A DNA stretch of 64,000 bases from Octopus sinensis (Eukaryota). The stretch is taken from assembly GCF_006345805.1 (NCBI RefSeq), contig NC_043018.1:20150001-20214000 (forward strand). The letters run 5' to 3'. Every line of letters starts with the position of its first letter. Position 1 is the first letter of the stretch. The position numbers were made by a program, and so were the translations under genes. Positions 38,277-51,247 of this stretch are shown here, piece by piece. The notes below the pieces were generated by a model. That model worked only from the letters and a program-made list of their open reading frames with translations, made no database searches and was not told the DNA's origin.

Positions 38277-38675
38277 CTAGCAGTATCGCCCGGCGTTGCT
38301 CGGGTTTGTAAGGGAAATAACTATATAAGCATTTTTAGAGATGTAAAGTATAATAGCCATCTCAATATGGCTAACCACAAAGGGGGGTATTACTGTAGCT
38401 TTTTATGTTCTGAGATTTAATGATACATTTTTAGAGAGTTACTTCCCTTATATAATAGCAAAAAATGCATTAAAAATGGGGAAAAAAATGATGGTAAATT
38501 TTTTTTTAAATCGTAGGCTCATCGTAAACGCGCGCTAATATCCAGAAGGGCTCGATATGAATCACGACTATAAGATACCCGCTTTTGGTTACACTGCACC
38601 ACAAAATGTGGGAGTAGTTAGGAATCTAAATCGTAGGAGACAGACAGCACACAACCTCACTTTTATATATAAAGA
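38277..38675 (-). mobile_element. Non-autonomous Helitron, longer copy of the 7613-7906 family
   Basis: Same TC...hairpin-CTAG termini and A|T insertion site, with an extra ~100-bp internal segment. Confidence 0.85.
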
Positions 38676-38714
38676 TATGTTGGTTTATATTGTGTATATT
38701 ATGTATACTGTTTA

Positions 38715-39205
38715 TATTAGTCAGACTGATCTCATCAACTTCATTCTTACTTTCACTACGTTTTGGCTGTTGTATGCTCCAGCCATCTTCAGGTGTCTTG
38801 TGTTGAAATCGGTTGTTGAATCAGAAACTTTAATCTAACCCTTTATTTAATCCATGGAGTTATGTTATTCTTGTTCAGCTCTCCACATTTTGTGACATTT
38901 TTTGCTTCAGTGGATTTTTTATACTTTTAATAATCTTACTACCTTGCCTTGGGTTGAACTCAGAATCTCTAGGTGACAGCACTGCATTAACCAATGTATT
39001 TGTCTACTACTCGTATGCCCGGGTATAGCGTAGGAGAGTGATATGAGAACAGTGTGTTCCCATCGATCAAATAAAGGCTTAGGTTCCAAAATTCTGGTAC
39101 AACAACCAAAGGTCAACACAAGACATCTAAAGATGGCTGGAGCTTACAACGGTCAAAATGTAAGGAAAGCTAAAATCAAGATGAGGTCACCAGTCCGGCT
39201 AATTG
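38715..39205. mobile_element. Old inverted-arm unit with decayed hammerheads, related to the 48.2-kb family
   Basis: Arms ~38715-38812 / ~39113-39205 are diverged reverse complements. Motifs GACAC-CTGAAGA-T-GGCTG...CAGCC-AAAACGTA^GTG (38754-38797 minus) and a more decayed plus copy (39122-39166). Confidence 0.6.
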
Positions 39206-40567
39206 AAGCAGTATTCTTTTATACTTTTACATGTTTCAGCCATCTGACTGTGGCCATACTGTAGCGCACTGCCTTTAGTCGGGCAAATCAACGCCAGCAC
39301 TTATTATTTGTAAGCCTAGTACTTATTTTATCAATTGATTTTGCCGAACTGCTAAGTCTTCACCACCACCATCACCACTGTCTCTATGGTAACTATTACT
39401 TTCACCCCAACATGAGCAATAGTAGAAGTATCAATGAATAGTGAGAGAGGGGGTCAAAGTGTGACATACTGACACACAGAAATTAGTTTTCGCTTTTATT
39501 ATATATACACACACACACACACACACATACATACAGCAGGCTTCTTTCAGTTTCTGTCTACCAAATCCATTCACAAGGCTATCGTCAGCCCAAGGCTTCA
39601 GTAGAAGACATTTGCCCAAGGTGTGACACAGTGGGACTGAACCCAGAACCATGTGGTTAGGAAACAAGCTTCTTACCACACACTGCCTCGCCTAACTGTA
39701 CTTTTGTGTGTTTGTGTGTGTATGTGTGTGTGTGTATATAAATATATTTCTATTTTGTTCACATTTGAAGTGTGAGAAAAAAATCTGTTTTGCTTGCAGT
39801 AATGTTTTTATCCCTAATAAATGGGAACAACAGGATGTAAATTTTTTTTTTAGAAAATCAGAAGCGCAACACAAACGCTTTCGCAAATGAATGCACAGTA
39901 TATGGCCAGCTGTCACATGATGCTCCTGAAGGGCGGAGGCACGGGGGGGGAGGCTTTTTTTTTTTTTTTTTCCCCCTTATCCATGTAATTAATATATAAA
40001 TACATTTTAAACCATTGGATTAAGCTACTTTATCATTTCATGATTTGTTGTTTAAAAAGAGAAAAAACTACATTTTTATATTGCTATAAAGAAAATATTT
40101 AAAGTTTGCAGATGCTGAAATTCCCAAATTCATTGCATAAAAAATCCAAAAACCGTTTCTTTTCCTACGTTCTTTCTTTTTTTCTTTCTTTTTTTCTCTC
40201 CCCCCTTTTTTTCTCTTTTTCTTTGTAATATGGAAGACGTGAGAAAAAGTCGGAAGAGAGGTTTTAAATATTCCACACTTAAATGAAGACGTGCTGCTAA
40301 TTCTTGCAAGTTTTTAGCATTTCGTAAATCAACATAGGATAAAATCAAAAATAGTTTTATTATATTCTCTCTCTCACTGTCTCTTTAAAAATGTTTTTGT
40401 ATATGTATGTATGTATGTATGTATGTTTGTATACATGTATGTATGTATATATATTTGTATGTATGTTTGTATTTATGTGTATGTATGTATATATGTGTTC
40501 GTATATATGTTTGTAGGTATGTTTGTATGTATGTGTATGTATATATGGGTTCTTTAACAAGAACAAT

Positions 40568-40660
40568 ATTGACAGGGACTTTGAAGTCTTGGCCAAGTGC
40601 GCCATCATTGGACAAACCAATGATGGATTAGTTGGCTGAATCTTCAAAGTCACTGTCAAG
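40568..40660. mobile_element. 93-bp palindromic mini-MITE with 8-9 bp TSD
   Basis: Whole element folds back on itself (5-nt loop acaaa); flanked by aagaacaat at 40559-40567 and 40661-40669. A homologous terminus occurs at ~24491-24538. Confidence 0.75.
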
Positions 40661-40751
40661 AAGAACAATTTGTACTCTACAGAGTAATCCTTCAGATTAA
40701 TGTAAAATTGTTTTGCATTATAACTTCACATAAAAACAAACATTAATATAC

Positions 40752-40969
<218 letters not shown>

Positions 40970-41981
40970 TTATGTATTTGTTTTGAAATGGATATATGTT
41001 AGGATGATCGTGTTTTTTTTTTGTTTTGTTTTTCTTTTTGCTTATTAACCATACACACACACTATATACTCGTTTTTCACTTCAACTTTGTTATTATTCA
41101 TATTTTAGTGTCTTGTGTCTGAAATCTTCCATCACACATCCCTGTGACCTCTTCAATGACTCTCCGTCCCACGTGTCTCTTCCCTGTTCTGTTTAGTCCA
41201 TTAAGGAATGGACTAAACGGACCAAGAGGAGACATGCTGGATAAAGAGTTGCTGGCTATATATATATATAGAAGGATTGCTTTGGTCCAGCGGTAGAACA
41301 TCAGTCATGTCTACAATAGTTTCACCATTCCGTAGCAAAACGATTATACATCATCATCATCCATCATCATCATTTAGCATCCGCTTTCCATGCTAGCATG
41401 GGTTGGACGGTTCAACTGGGGTCTGGGAAGCCAGAAGGCTGCACTAGGTCCAGTCTGATCTGGCAATGTTTCTACGGCTGGATGCTCTTCCTACTTTGAC
41501 AATTTTGATATCTTGGCATCTGAAGCAGCTAGAGATACGATAATTTGACCAAAAAGAATTGGTTATTGCAAGCAAAATTAAATATTGAAAAAAATGCATT
41601 TAGCCAAATTTGGACATACGACAGTTTAATATAATAGCAATGATTATGTATTTATTATAAGATTACATTAATTTTCTCTCTTTCTTTCTTTCTCCTTTCA
41701 GGTTACCACTACAGTTTTAGTATGGCCGTCTCAACGTCTACCAATGGAGACCATTGACTCTGTAAATCTACTCTCTACACTAGTGTTTCCTTGCAGTACT
41801 GTTGTACATTGTTCTCAGACAACAGTACATCTTTCACTCAGCTCTCTACCATCTCTTTGCTGGCATATTGACAAACGTAACTTATGAAAAAATAAAGAGA
41901 AAAAAAAAAAAAATTAATCAAAAAAAGCAACAACAACAAAAAAAAAACTGACATGGTTGTGAAGAGGAAACATTTTCTGCC

Positions 41982-42572
41982 ATGGTTATAAAGATGAGAG
42001 CTGCCCCGGGGCGATCTTCTATTTCAATGAGATTTCGTCCCCGGCGGATGCTGCGTGTTCTACTGTTCGTCATCATCATTCTGTTTGTGATTGTTAACAT
42101 GCATGTACTTAATAACGTTCAGCCTGGGAGCCCTGGAATGCTCGACGGCAGCATGATTGGACCGGGGATGAATTTACAGAACGGACATGTCCAAGCTTGG
42201 AGCCATTTACATTTTAGCAATGGATCCGTCTACTGGTCAAGTCGAACCGGGTTGCTAATCCCACCAATGTCATTAAACGCTACACTGCTAACCAATATGA
42301 CTTTTGACGTGAGTAATTTGACTCTGGCCAAGGCAGTCATTCAGAACATAAATCGTGAGCAATATATTCACAATTTGGACAAATTTGGACTTCATTTACA
42401 TGCTGATAGTGTTGTAATAGTTATACAAGCTCATGACCGAGCCGAGTACCTGAAAATGCTTTTGGATTCTTTACGCAATGTTCGGAATATTCACCAAGCC
42501 TTACTCATCATTAGCCATGATATTTACTCTAAGGAACTTAACAACCTTGTCCTCACAATAGACTTTTGCCCT
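41982..42572 (+). CDS. MGAT2: First coding exon (197 codons) of alpha-1,6-mannosyl-glycoprotein 2-beta-N-acetylglucosaminyltransferase (GnT-II); gene continues beyond this exon
   Basis: Type II membrane topology (basic N-terminus, TM segment VLLFVIIILFVIVNM, stem region). Followed by VVIVIQAHDRAEYLKMLLDSLRNVRNIHQALLIISHDIYSKELNNLVLTIDFCP, which matches the MGAT2 N-terminal catalytic motif (vertebrate VQVHNRPEYLRLLLDSL...SHD...FCPV). Donor CCT|GTAAGT at 42573, phase 0. Likely acceptor (polypyrimidine tract + CAG) at 41700-41701. The ORF-track extension to 42659 is intron read-through. Confidence 0.93.
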
Positions 42573-43774
42573 GTAAGTATTACCTTTCAGTGTTTCCTCT
42601 TTACGATGTTCTATTTTTATGATGTTTTGTCCTCGTTTTGCAGCTTTTGCAGCGAATAATTTTTATCAGGACTTTGGAATTGCCTTTTGTTATCAATGAT
42701 ATGCCTATACGTTCTTGTTGAACTCTCTTGTCACTCTAAATTCCATCCAGCTTAAATGCCTCTATAGAAATCATACATTTCATACATTTCTGCTTTTACT
42801 AATTGTAAAAGATTTATCTTTAATAAAAAGATACGACTCTGACAGTCATATACTGAGAACTATATAATAACACACACCTCTCTCTGTATCACACTTAGAA
42901 TTATTATTATTATTGATATTACCATTATTCTTCTTATTATTATTACTACTACTACTGTTATTATTATTGCTATTGTTATTATTATTATTAAAGTGGCAAG
43001 CTAGCAGAACCATTAGCACGCTGGGCGAAATACTTAGTAGTATTTCATCTGTCCTCACGTTCTGAGTTCAAATTCTACTGAGGTTGACTTTGCCTTTCAT
43101 CCTTTCAGGGCCAATAAATTAACAGTCAAGTGTTAGGGTTGATGTGATTAACTTACTCCATTCTCCCCAAATTTTAGGCCTTGTGTCTATAATAGAAAGG
43201 ATTATTATTATTATTATTATTATTGAGTGAGAGAGCAGTGCATGCCATCAAAGTGACACTGGGGTAAAATATACGAAGCCCAATATACCCATCATGACTA
43301 CCCATCTGATAAGGGTACACCAGGCACATGCATCACAACCATATGTGCGTGACATGGTGATCTCATATCAAGATAAACAGTACATGACCTTGCAGGTGGG
43401 GCCCAGTTAGAATTTTCTTCAGGTTGAGTAGCCCATCTCGCTCAAAAGGTCCCTGAATAAGGGTTGTTTAAGGATGTTGAACAAAACACCCATGTTTCCA
43501 AAGGTGAACTATTCAAACCCCAAAGAATCCCTCTCAACACATGGCTATGATGCTCCCCCACAACTTCTGCTCGTGATCAGAGATGCACATATCATCAGCC
43601 ACTAAGGGACATGCTCAACTGGTTATGGTCAAACAACTGACAAGCAAATCTGTGGTATTGAGCAGAATATTTGCTGTAGCCCATCTTTTTTACCAAGACA
43701 AAACAATGTACATGATAACACTTCCAATCAGTTAAGATCAGAAGCCATGAGTATTATTATTATCATTATTATTA

Positions 43775-43820
<46 letters not shown>

Positions 43821-43833
43821 CATTATTATTATT

Positions 43834-43893
<60 letters not shown>

Positions 43894-44229
43894 GATGCCA
43901 GTGAGCTGTAAGAATCATTAGTGTGCTGAATCAAATGTTTAGCAGCATTTTTTTGTCTTCACATCCTGAGTTCAAATTCCACTGACGTTTACTTTACCTT
44001 TTGTATTTTGGGGTCAGTGAATTAGTTATTAGTCAAGCACTGGGGTCAATGTAATCGGCTTGCCCCTCCCTACAAAATTCCAGGCCCTGTGTGTATAGTA
44101 AAAAGGATTGTTGTTGTTGCTGTTATGAGTACTACATTTCACACAGATCATGTGACAAGGTTTAGAAACAAATCTCCAATCTCAAAAACCAATCAAAAGA
44201 TTCTTGTAGGGTGAAAGGAGGTTGTTTCC

Positions 44230-45110
44230 AATTTTCTCTGGCTCTGACTTCCTGTGTCTCAGAATCTCTTAGAATGGCTACTTGGGTTTTTGATCCCAAA
44301 TATCAGTGCCAATCACCTGTAATTACTAAGCAAAAATAGCCCAGTAACATGTAACATGCTTTCACTAATTGATTTAGCGCTTATACTTGGTGGGACATGT
44401 TTGCAGGACGAAGGGTGACAGGATCCCGACAGAAGTGTTCTGTGCTGAACTGCATTGGGGCCGGCAGAGCCATGGTGGCCAGAGGTTGTGATACAAAGCT
44501 GAGCTGAAGAGATATATGTATTTCTTTATTACCCACAAGGGGCTATACATAGAGGGGACAAACAAAGACAGACAAAGGGATTAAGTCGATTACATCGACC
44601 CCAGTGCGTAACCGGTACTTTATTTTTCGACCCCGAAAGGATGAAAGGCAAAGTCGACCTCTGCGGAATTTGAACTCGGAACGTAACGACAGACGAAATA
44701 CGGCTACACTTTTCGCCCGGCGTGCTAACGTTTCTGCCAAGAGACATATGAAGAGCTCTCCAGCATCTCCCCAGACACCTGAGAGGAGACGGCACTGCTG
44801 CACAATGAATGGCACCAATCGCTGAAGCTCGTAATTTCAGCCAATGAGAACAACAGAAAGGGCACATGAGAGACATCACTTCTCTGTTGTATCAAGTAGC
44901 AGCTTTGCCTGCAGCAGATGTCATCGCTGCTCTGCTGCAGATCAATAAGAAGCCTTTGTAGCCTACATGCAAGCTTGCCAGAGATGATTACTCAACAAGA
45001 ACAGTCAGCATTGACCTACAACAGACAGCCAAAGAAGAAGAAGAAGTATGTGGTCACAGCCAGACTCAGAAACCTACTTGCCCTTCACATCCTGTGGCAA
45101 GTGTCCCATA
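44230..45110 (+). mobile_element. Decayed RTE-clade LINE C-terminal fragment, interrupted by a SINE
   Basis: Translates to GHVCRTKGDRIPTEVFCAELHWGRQSHGGQRL*YKAELKRHMK and ISPDT*EETALLHNEWHQSLKLVISANENNRK, typical of the RTE C-terminus. The SINE at 44516-44738 is flanked by a ~12-bp TSD, aagaga(t/c)atatg. Confidence 0.75.
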
Positions 45111-46331
45111 TTATTATTATTAATGCTAGTGCTCTGTTAGAATCATTAGTCTGCTGAACCAAACGCTTGGCAGCATTTTGTCTGTCTTCACATCCAGAGT
45201 TCAATTTCCACTGAGGTTGACTTTGCCCTTTGTATTTCAGGGTCAGTTAATTAGTTATTAGTCAAGCGCTGGGGTCAATGTAATCGGCTAGCCCCTCCCT
45301 ACAAAATTACAGGCCCTGTGTGTATAGTAAAAAGGTTTGTTGTTGTTATGAGTACTACGTTTCAAACAGATCATGTGACAAGGTTTAGTAACAAATCTTC
45401 AATCTCAAGAGCCAATCAAAGGGTTCTTGCAGGATGAACGATGCCAAATGAATGAATTTATCATTATCATCATCATTGTTTGACATCCATCTTCCATGCT
45501 GGTGCAGGTTAGACAGTTTGATTGAGGGCTGGCAAGCCAGAAGGCTGTGCCAGACTTCTGTGTCCGTTTTGGTATGGTTTTTATGGTTGCATGCCCTTCC
45601 TAACACCAACCACCCTGCAGAAAGGGCCGAGTGCTTTTTATGGGGCACCAGCACAAGCAAGGTCAGTTTTGGTATGGGTTTTTACAGCTGGATGCCCTTC
45701 CAAACACTGACCACTTTACAGTGTGGACTGAATGCTGATGGAAACTGTGAGAAGCCCATATGTGTTTGTGTGTGTGTGTTTGTTTGTTTTTGTCACCCCA
45801 CCGCTTTATAACTGGTGTTAGGATGTTTATATCCCTGCAACTTCAGCAGTTCCACAAGAAAGACCAAGAAAATACTTTAAAAAAAACAAAATTTCTACTA
45901 GGGTCACTTGATTAACCCTACAAGATGGTGCTCCAGCATGGCCACTGCAACAAGCAAAAGCATTTGCATCATTTGGAGCATTGTTTCCAAGCAATCCTGT
46001 CTTTTATTCTCTTCCCCTTGCATAATGTATCTTGGAGTACATTATCCAAAAGTCCTTCATTTTTTTTTAAAGATGTTTGGATATGATTTGATGGAGATTT
46101 GGCTGCTATTTCTAGAAGCTCAACCTGGTGTCTATAGACTCCTTTCATTGATGTTAGAAATCTTTCTGAAGACATCAAACTGAAATAATAAAAACTGGGG
46201 TAGATTACTAAGAGGATGGCGGGTGGGTGGGGTGGGATGGGGGACATGAAGGTGAGAAGAGATGGTGAAGTGTGTGTGTGTGTGTATGTGTAAGAGAGAG
46301 AGAGTGAGAAAGTGTGAGTGTGAGGGAGAAA

Positions 46332-46364
<33 letters not shown>

Positions 46365-46371
46365 TGAGAAA

Positions 46372-46403
<32 letters not shown>

Positions 46404-46730
46404 GTGAGAAAGTGTATGTGAGTGTGTGAGGGAGAAAGTGTGTGTGTGTGTGGAAGAAAGAGAGAAAAAATGTGTTTGTGTGTGTGTGTGTGTGAGAGAG
46501 AGGGAGAGGGAAAGAAAAAGTGTGTGTGCAAGAGAGAAATGGTGTGGGTGTATGAGAGAGGAAGAGTGTGTGTGAGAGAGAGAGAGGGAGGGAGAGAAAG
46601 AGTGTGTGTGTGCAAGAGAGAAAAGGTGTGGGTATGTGTCAGAGAGAGAGAGAATGTATTTGTGTGTGTATGATATTGTTCAGAATCATTTGTTGTCAAA
46701 GAAAATTGACAATTTTAATTAACTGGCAGA

Positions 46731-46761
<31 letters not shown>

Positions 46762-48160
46762 AATAAAAAGAGAAAAAGACAAGGAGAAAGAAAGAAAGAA
46801 AGGAAAAAAAAAAAGCAAAGGCAAGTAATTTCAGTCTGTAGAATTTTCCAGTTAATGCATGACATTCCGTGTTAATGGGATCTGGTTTTGGTAAAGCAAG
46901 GCTTGTAGTTAGTCCCAGCAACCTATTCACGAATGGGGGCGTGTACAGGTGGCTCTGTCAACACACACAAATGAATGGTTACTGAAGGAAACCACCTCCA
47001 GCAACAACACCAACAACAACAGCAACGACAACAATAACGACACCACCCATAGCAATAAACACATTTCTGTTTTTTTTTTTTTTGATTGAATGTAACTAAA
47101 ATTAGGTCTTTTGGTGGTGGTGGTCGTGGTCGTGGTGGCAGCAGCTGTTGTTGTTCTGTAATACATCTGTGTCTTGTTTCATTTCTTTGGTCCATTGATC
47201 AAGTAGAATTTCTATTCTATACAAAAGAAAAATAAATAAATAAATAAATACAATAAAATAAAATAAAATACAATAAAATAAGCCAACTTGTGTCAGAATA
47301 AAAAGTTTCCATCTCAGCTATCACTGACCTCACATTTTCACTCCGCTGTAAAGACAGTTGTTTTCTTGTTGAAACCAAAATGCCCAGCTCTGTAGCACAA
47401 ATTAATTTTTCACATTGCTTCAAGGTTGTTTATTGTATTATATTTTTTCTTTTATGTTTAGTCATTGGTTTGTTATTACTTTCTTTTCTTTAAATCCAAC
47501 CCTGTTGTTCTCAACCGTTTTTTATTTTTGTCTGTGGACCGTTTTGATTCTTATTCTGTTCGACTGGGCCCCCATGGCCAATTGAAGTTTTAAAAAAATA
47601 CCATATTTCTATAATTAAATGTTATTGTGAATTCTTAGACCCTTTAGCATTCAGGTTCTTCTGTCAAGTAAAATGCTTATTTATTTAAATTGGTTTGAAA
47701 TAATCATGCATTATGTCACCGCTTATCATCATCATCAGCATCATCATTTAATGTTCATTGTCCATGCCGGCATGGGTTGGACAATTTGACCAGGGTTGGC
47801 AAGCTGGAAGGCTGCGCCAGACTCCAGTCTGATTTAGCATGGTTTCTACAGCTGGATGCCCTTCTTAATGCCAACCTGTCCAAGAGTGTAACGGGTGCTT
47901 TTACATGTCACTGGCACAGGGGCCATTTGCGTGACACCAGTAACTGCCATGACTACAATTTCACTTGGCTTGATGGCTCTTCTGCTCAAGCATGACATAA
48001 TGCCAAAGGTTAAATTTTAAAATATATTTTTAAAATGACATTGTATGGCAGGTGTGAGAAGCAGGATCTGGCCAGTTTGAACATGAAACATGTGGAATAT
48101 TTAGGATTGATATGACTAGTTTAAACGCTAAACGGTTAAAAAAAATTATTTTTAAGAGAT

Positions 48161-48531
48161 ATTGACGGATATTTGTCCTCATCTTGTTTGTTGTTAACAC
48201 AACATTTTGGCTGATATACCCTCCAGCTTTCTTCAGGTGTCTTGGGGAAATTTCAAACCTGGGTTCTCATTCCCAAGGTATTTTTCGATATTATTATTAT
48301 TATTGTTCGGGCATATGGCATAGTGGTTAAGAGCACGGACTACGAGCCCCAAGATTCCGAGTTCGATTCCAAGGAGTGACCTGAACAATAATAATAATAA
48401 CATCGAAAAATACCTTAGGAATGAGAACCCAGGTTTGAAATTTCCCCAAGACACCCGAAGAAGGCTGGAGGGTGTATCAGCTGAAACGTTGTATTAACAA
48501 CAAACAAGATGAGGACAAATATTCATGAAAT
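48161..48531 (+). mobile_element. tRNA-headed, hammerhead-tailed non-autonomous retroelement with an inverted 5' copy of its tail (Penelope-like architecture)
   Basis: ~148-bp inverted arms (48161-48308 / 48383-48531) around a 74-nt tRNA-Arg(ACG)-like core with A and B boxes. Each arm carries a degenerate hammerhead (48196-48241 minus, 48450-48495 plus). Confidence 0.75.
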
Positions 48532-48965
48532 GTAAATAATGTTAAAAAAATTGTTCAAACATTTTATGTATTGTAAAAATATAACCAGTTTATTGCACAT
48601 AATTTTTAACAAGAAAATCTTATGCGAACCCCAAAAGGTCATATGGACCCTGGTTGAGAAGCACTGATCTAATTCATACTAACCTGGGTTAGAAAATTCT
48701 CAACCACATGGTTCCAGTTTCAGTCCCACTGTGTGGCACCTTAGGCGAGTGCCTTCTACTATAGCTTGTGGATTTGGTAGGCAGAAACTGAAAGAAGCTC
48801 ATCGTGTGTGTGTGTGTGGGGGGGGGTTAGTTGTCCTTCCTTTCTCCCAATCACTGCTTGACAACCAGTGTTGGTGTGTTTATGTCCCCGTAACTCAGCA
48901 GTTATATATATATAATTTATATTATTATATGATTGAATTGCCACACATCCTCTTCCAAATAAGTG

Positions 48966-48999
<34 letters not shown>

Positions 49000-49006
49000 A
49001 TATACA

Positions 49007-49074
<68 letters not shown>

Positions 49075-50374
49075 CACAAACGTGTTTGCAAAGAATTATT
49101 GAAGCTGATTTGAAAAAAAAAAAGATTTTATAGATTTTATAGGAATTTTTTGAATTTTATTTAACTGATTGAATTCCAAACTCTCTGTTGTCAGCAATCA
49201 CTCAAGTAACGGTAATGCTGGAAGTATATAAACTGTACTTATTTCGACATCACAGACCTTGCAGCATGTTAGATGAAGAAATTATTGAACTCCTACCTAT
49301 CCCATTTATCAATCACATTTGCTTACTATTTTCCCATCACATTCAGACTTTAAATACAATATCTAAGAGTTTCATCTGCCATCTTTCTGCATTTACATTC
49401 ATGTTTGGCGTCACTGAAAACAAAGGTGTTAAATTTACTGTTCTATCCCCAAGTTGGGGCCCCCGTGAACTGCTTTTCTCATTCTATCTCACCTTTGATC
49501 ACATTCTGTTTTTCTTTGATGCTTTTTCTTTTTCCTCCTTTTTTTTTTTCTTGTACATTTGCAGAATCTATCAGCTGTCATGTTTTCTTTCTGATCACAA
49601 AAGCATCTTTGTTTAAATTCTATGTTTAATAATCTAAGATTATCGCAAAATCTAAATTCTATACTGATTCGTGCTAAATTTGCCAGATTCTTCTAAGTTC
49701 ACATGTTGAGAATAAAAGAATGGAAGAATACAAGAATAAAAGAGTATCAGTTTTTGAGCATGTCAGTAAATGCAGCCGAAATTATTTACAAACGCTATCG
49801 TGTAAGAATCGGGAAATATTTCCAAAGTAAAATTACTAAGTTTGGTGAGAATGATGCCAAAGTAGCCAACTTGGAATTCTAAAGACATTTGACTATCTTC
49901 TGACTATTAATGAATCTTGCCTTTTGTGTTTCTACATTTGGTGGTTCCATTCTTTGATTATTTTCAAAGAAGCATATCTATTTGGTGGGCTTGAACAGAA
50001 CTAATATTATTGGTAACTATTGTTTTACTGGATTATGCTTGAATGCATTGGAAGCGCAGGCATCACGAATAAAACTTCTAAGTTCAAAGTTCATCAAGGG
50101 ATCTATATATATATATATATTTATATATAGATAGATATAGATATATATATTCATTCATTCAAACACACAGACACTTGTGTGTGTGTGTATGTATATGCGT
50201 ATGTGTATACATACGTGTATGTTTATATGTTTGTGTTTTTGTGTGTGTGTGTGTGTGTGTATATATGTATATATACATCATTGTCATCAATATTTTGTCA
50301 TATATTCTGGAAATATTTTGTGTCTATCTGTATGTATATATAAATATATATATATATACACACACACATAAACA

Positions 50375-50412
<38 letters not shown>

Positions 50413-50969
50413 CACATACTTATGCATACATTCATATGTTTGTGTATGCATTTATATATATATGTATATACACACACACACACACTTACATGTGTATCCC
50501 TATAAAACAATTGCATTATTGTGTCCGAATCACAATGAGCATTTGAGAGCCACAACCAAGTCTCTCCATTCTGTTGTTCCACGTCAACAGCACCTGACTC
50601 CAACTCCATTGTCCATTGCATCTCAATACCTCTTTCACAAAATACTACAAAACTGGCCACAATGGGCTTCAGCAATAGTCTTTGTGGGTCTTCAATGGCT
50701 TTAGGGGATCTGGCATGATGTAATTGTTCTAGTGCTCCCTCCACCTTGCAGTCTCGGATAAAAATCCCTTGTTAAATTACTCCTACCCTGATGTATGTCT
50801 ATCTGTGTGTCTACTTAAGAGGTTTGTTTCAGAACCACGCAGCTGCATGGTACTTTTGCTAAGTGTATTTTCTGGTGTAGAAGAATTCAGGCTCACCGAT
50901 CCCATGTCAGTTGAATTTTTGAATTGGATAGATAGCAAATGTTCACAAGCCGGCCAGATACATGATGCA

Positions 50970-51020
<51 letters not shown>

Positions 51021-51160
51021 CAAAGTGAACTCAAAAAAGGGCAGCAATGTTGAACTTGCTCCTTCACCAAAAGCCAGTCACATAAGATTAGTCATTGAAA
51101 TGGTAATTACACTGGCAGTGCTCCAGTGTGGCTACAGCCTTGGGTCTGAAGTGTATAAAA

Positions 51161-51202
<42 letters not shown>

Positions 51203-51206
51203 TATA

Positions 51207-51247
<41 letters not shown>

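Noticed and set aside
40568-40660. Annotating the hairpin as a miRNA gene
   Set aside because: The flanking TSD and the homologous terminus at 24.5 kb point to a MITE; there is no expression evidence.
42573-42659. C-terminal 28 aa of the ORF-track MGAT2 protein
   Set aside because: Intron read-through past a consensus GTAAGT donor; similarity to MGAT2 stops at that point.
48309-48382. Functional tRNA-Arg gene (likewise SINE heads at 31316, 32922 and 56222)
   Set aside because: Acceptor and anticodon stems pair poorly and the sequence is fused to repeat bodies, so it is treated as a tRNA-derived head.
49188-50100. Downstream MGAT2 exons (also examined ~55260-55745, 58150-58700, 60300-60560 and 61800-62020)
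   Set aside because: None of the frames I checked gave expected motifs such as QIFFP, GHYRE, KHHW, LEEDH or DDYNWD.
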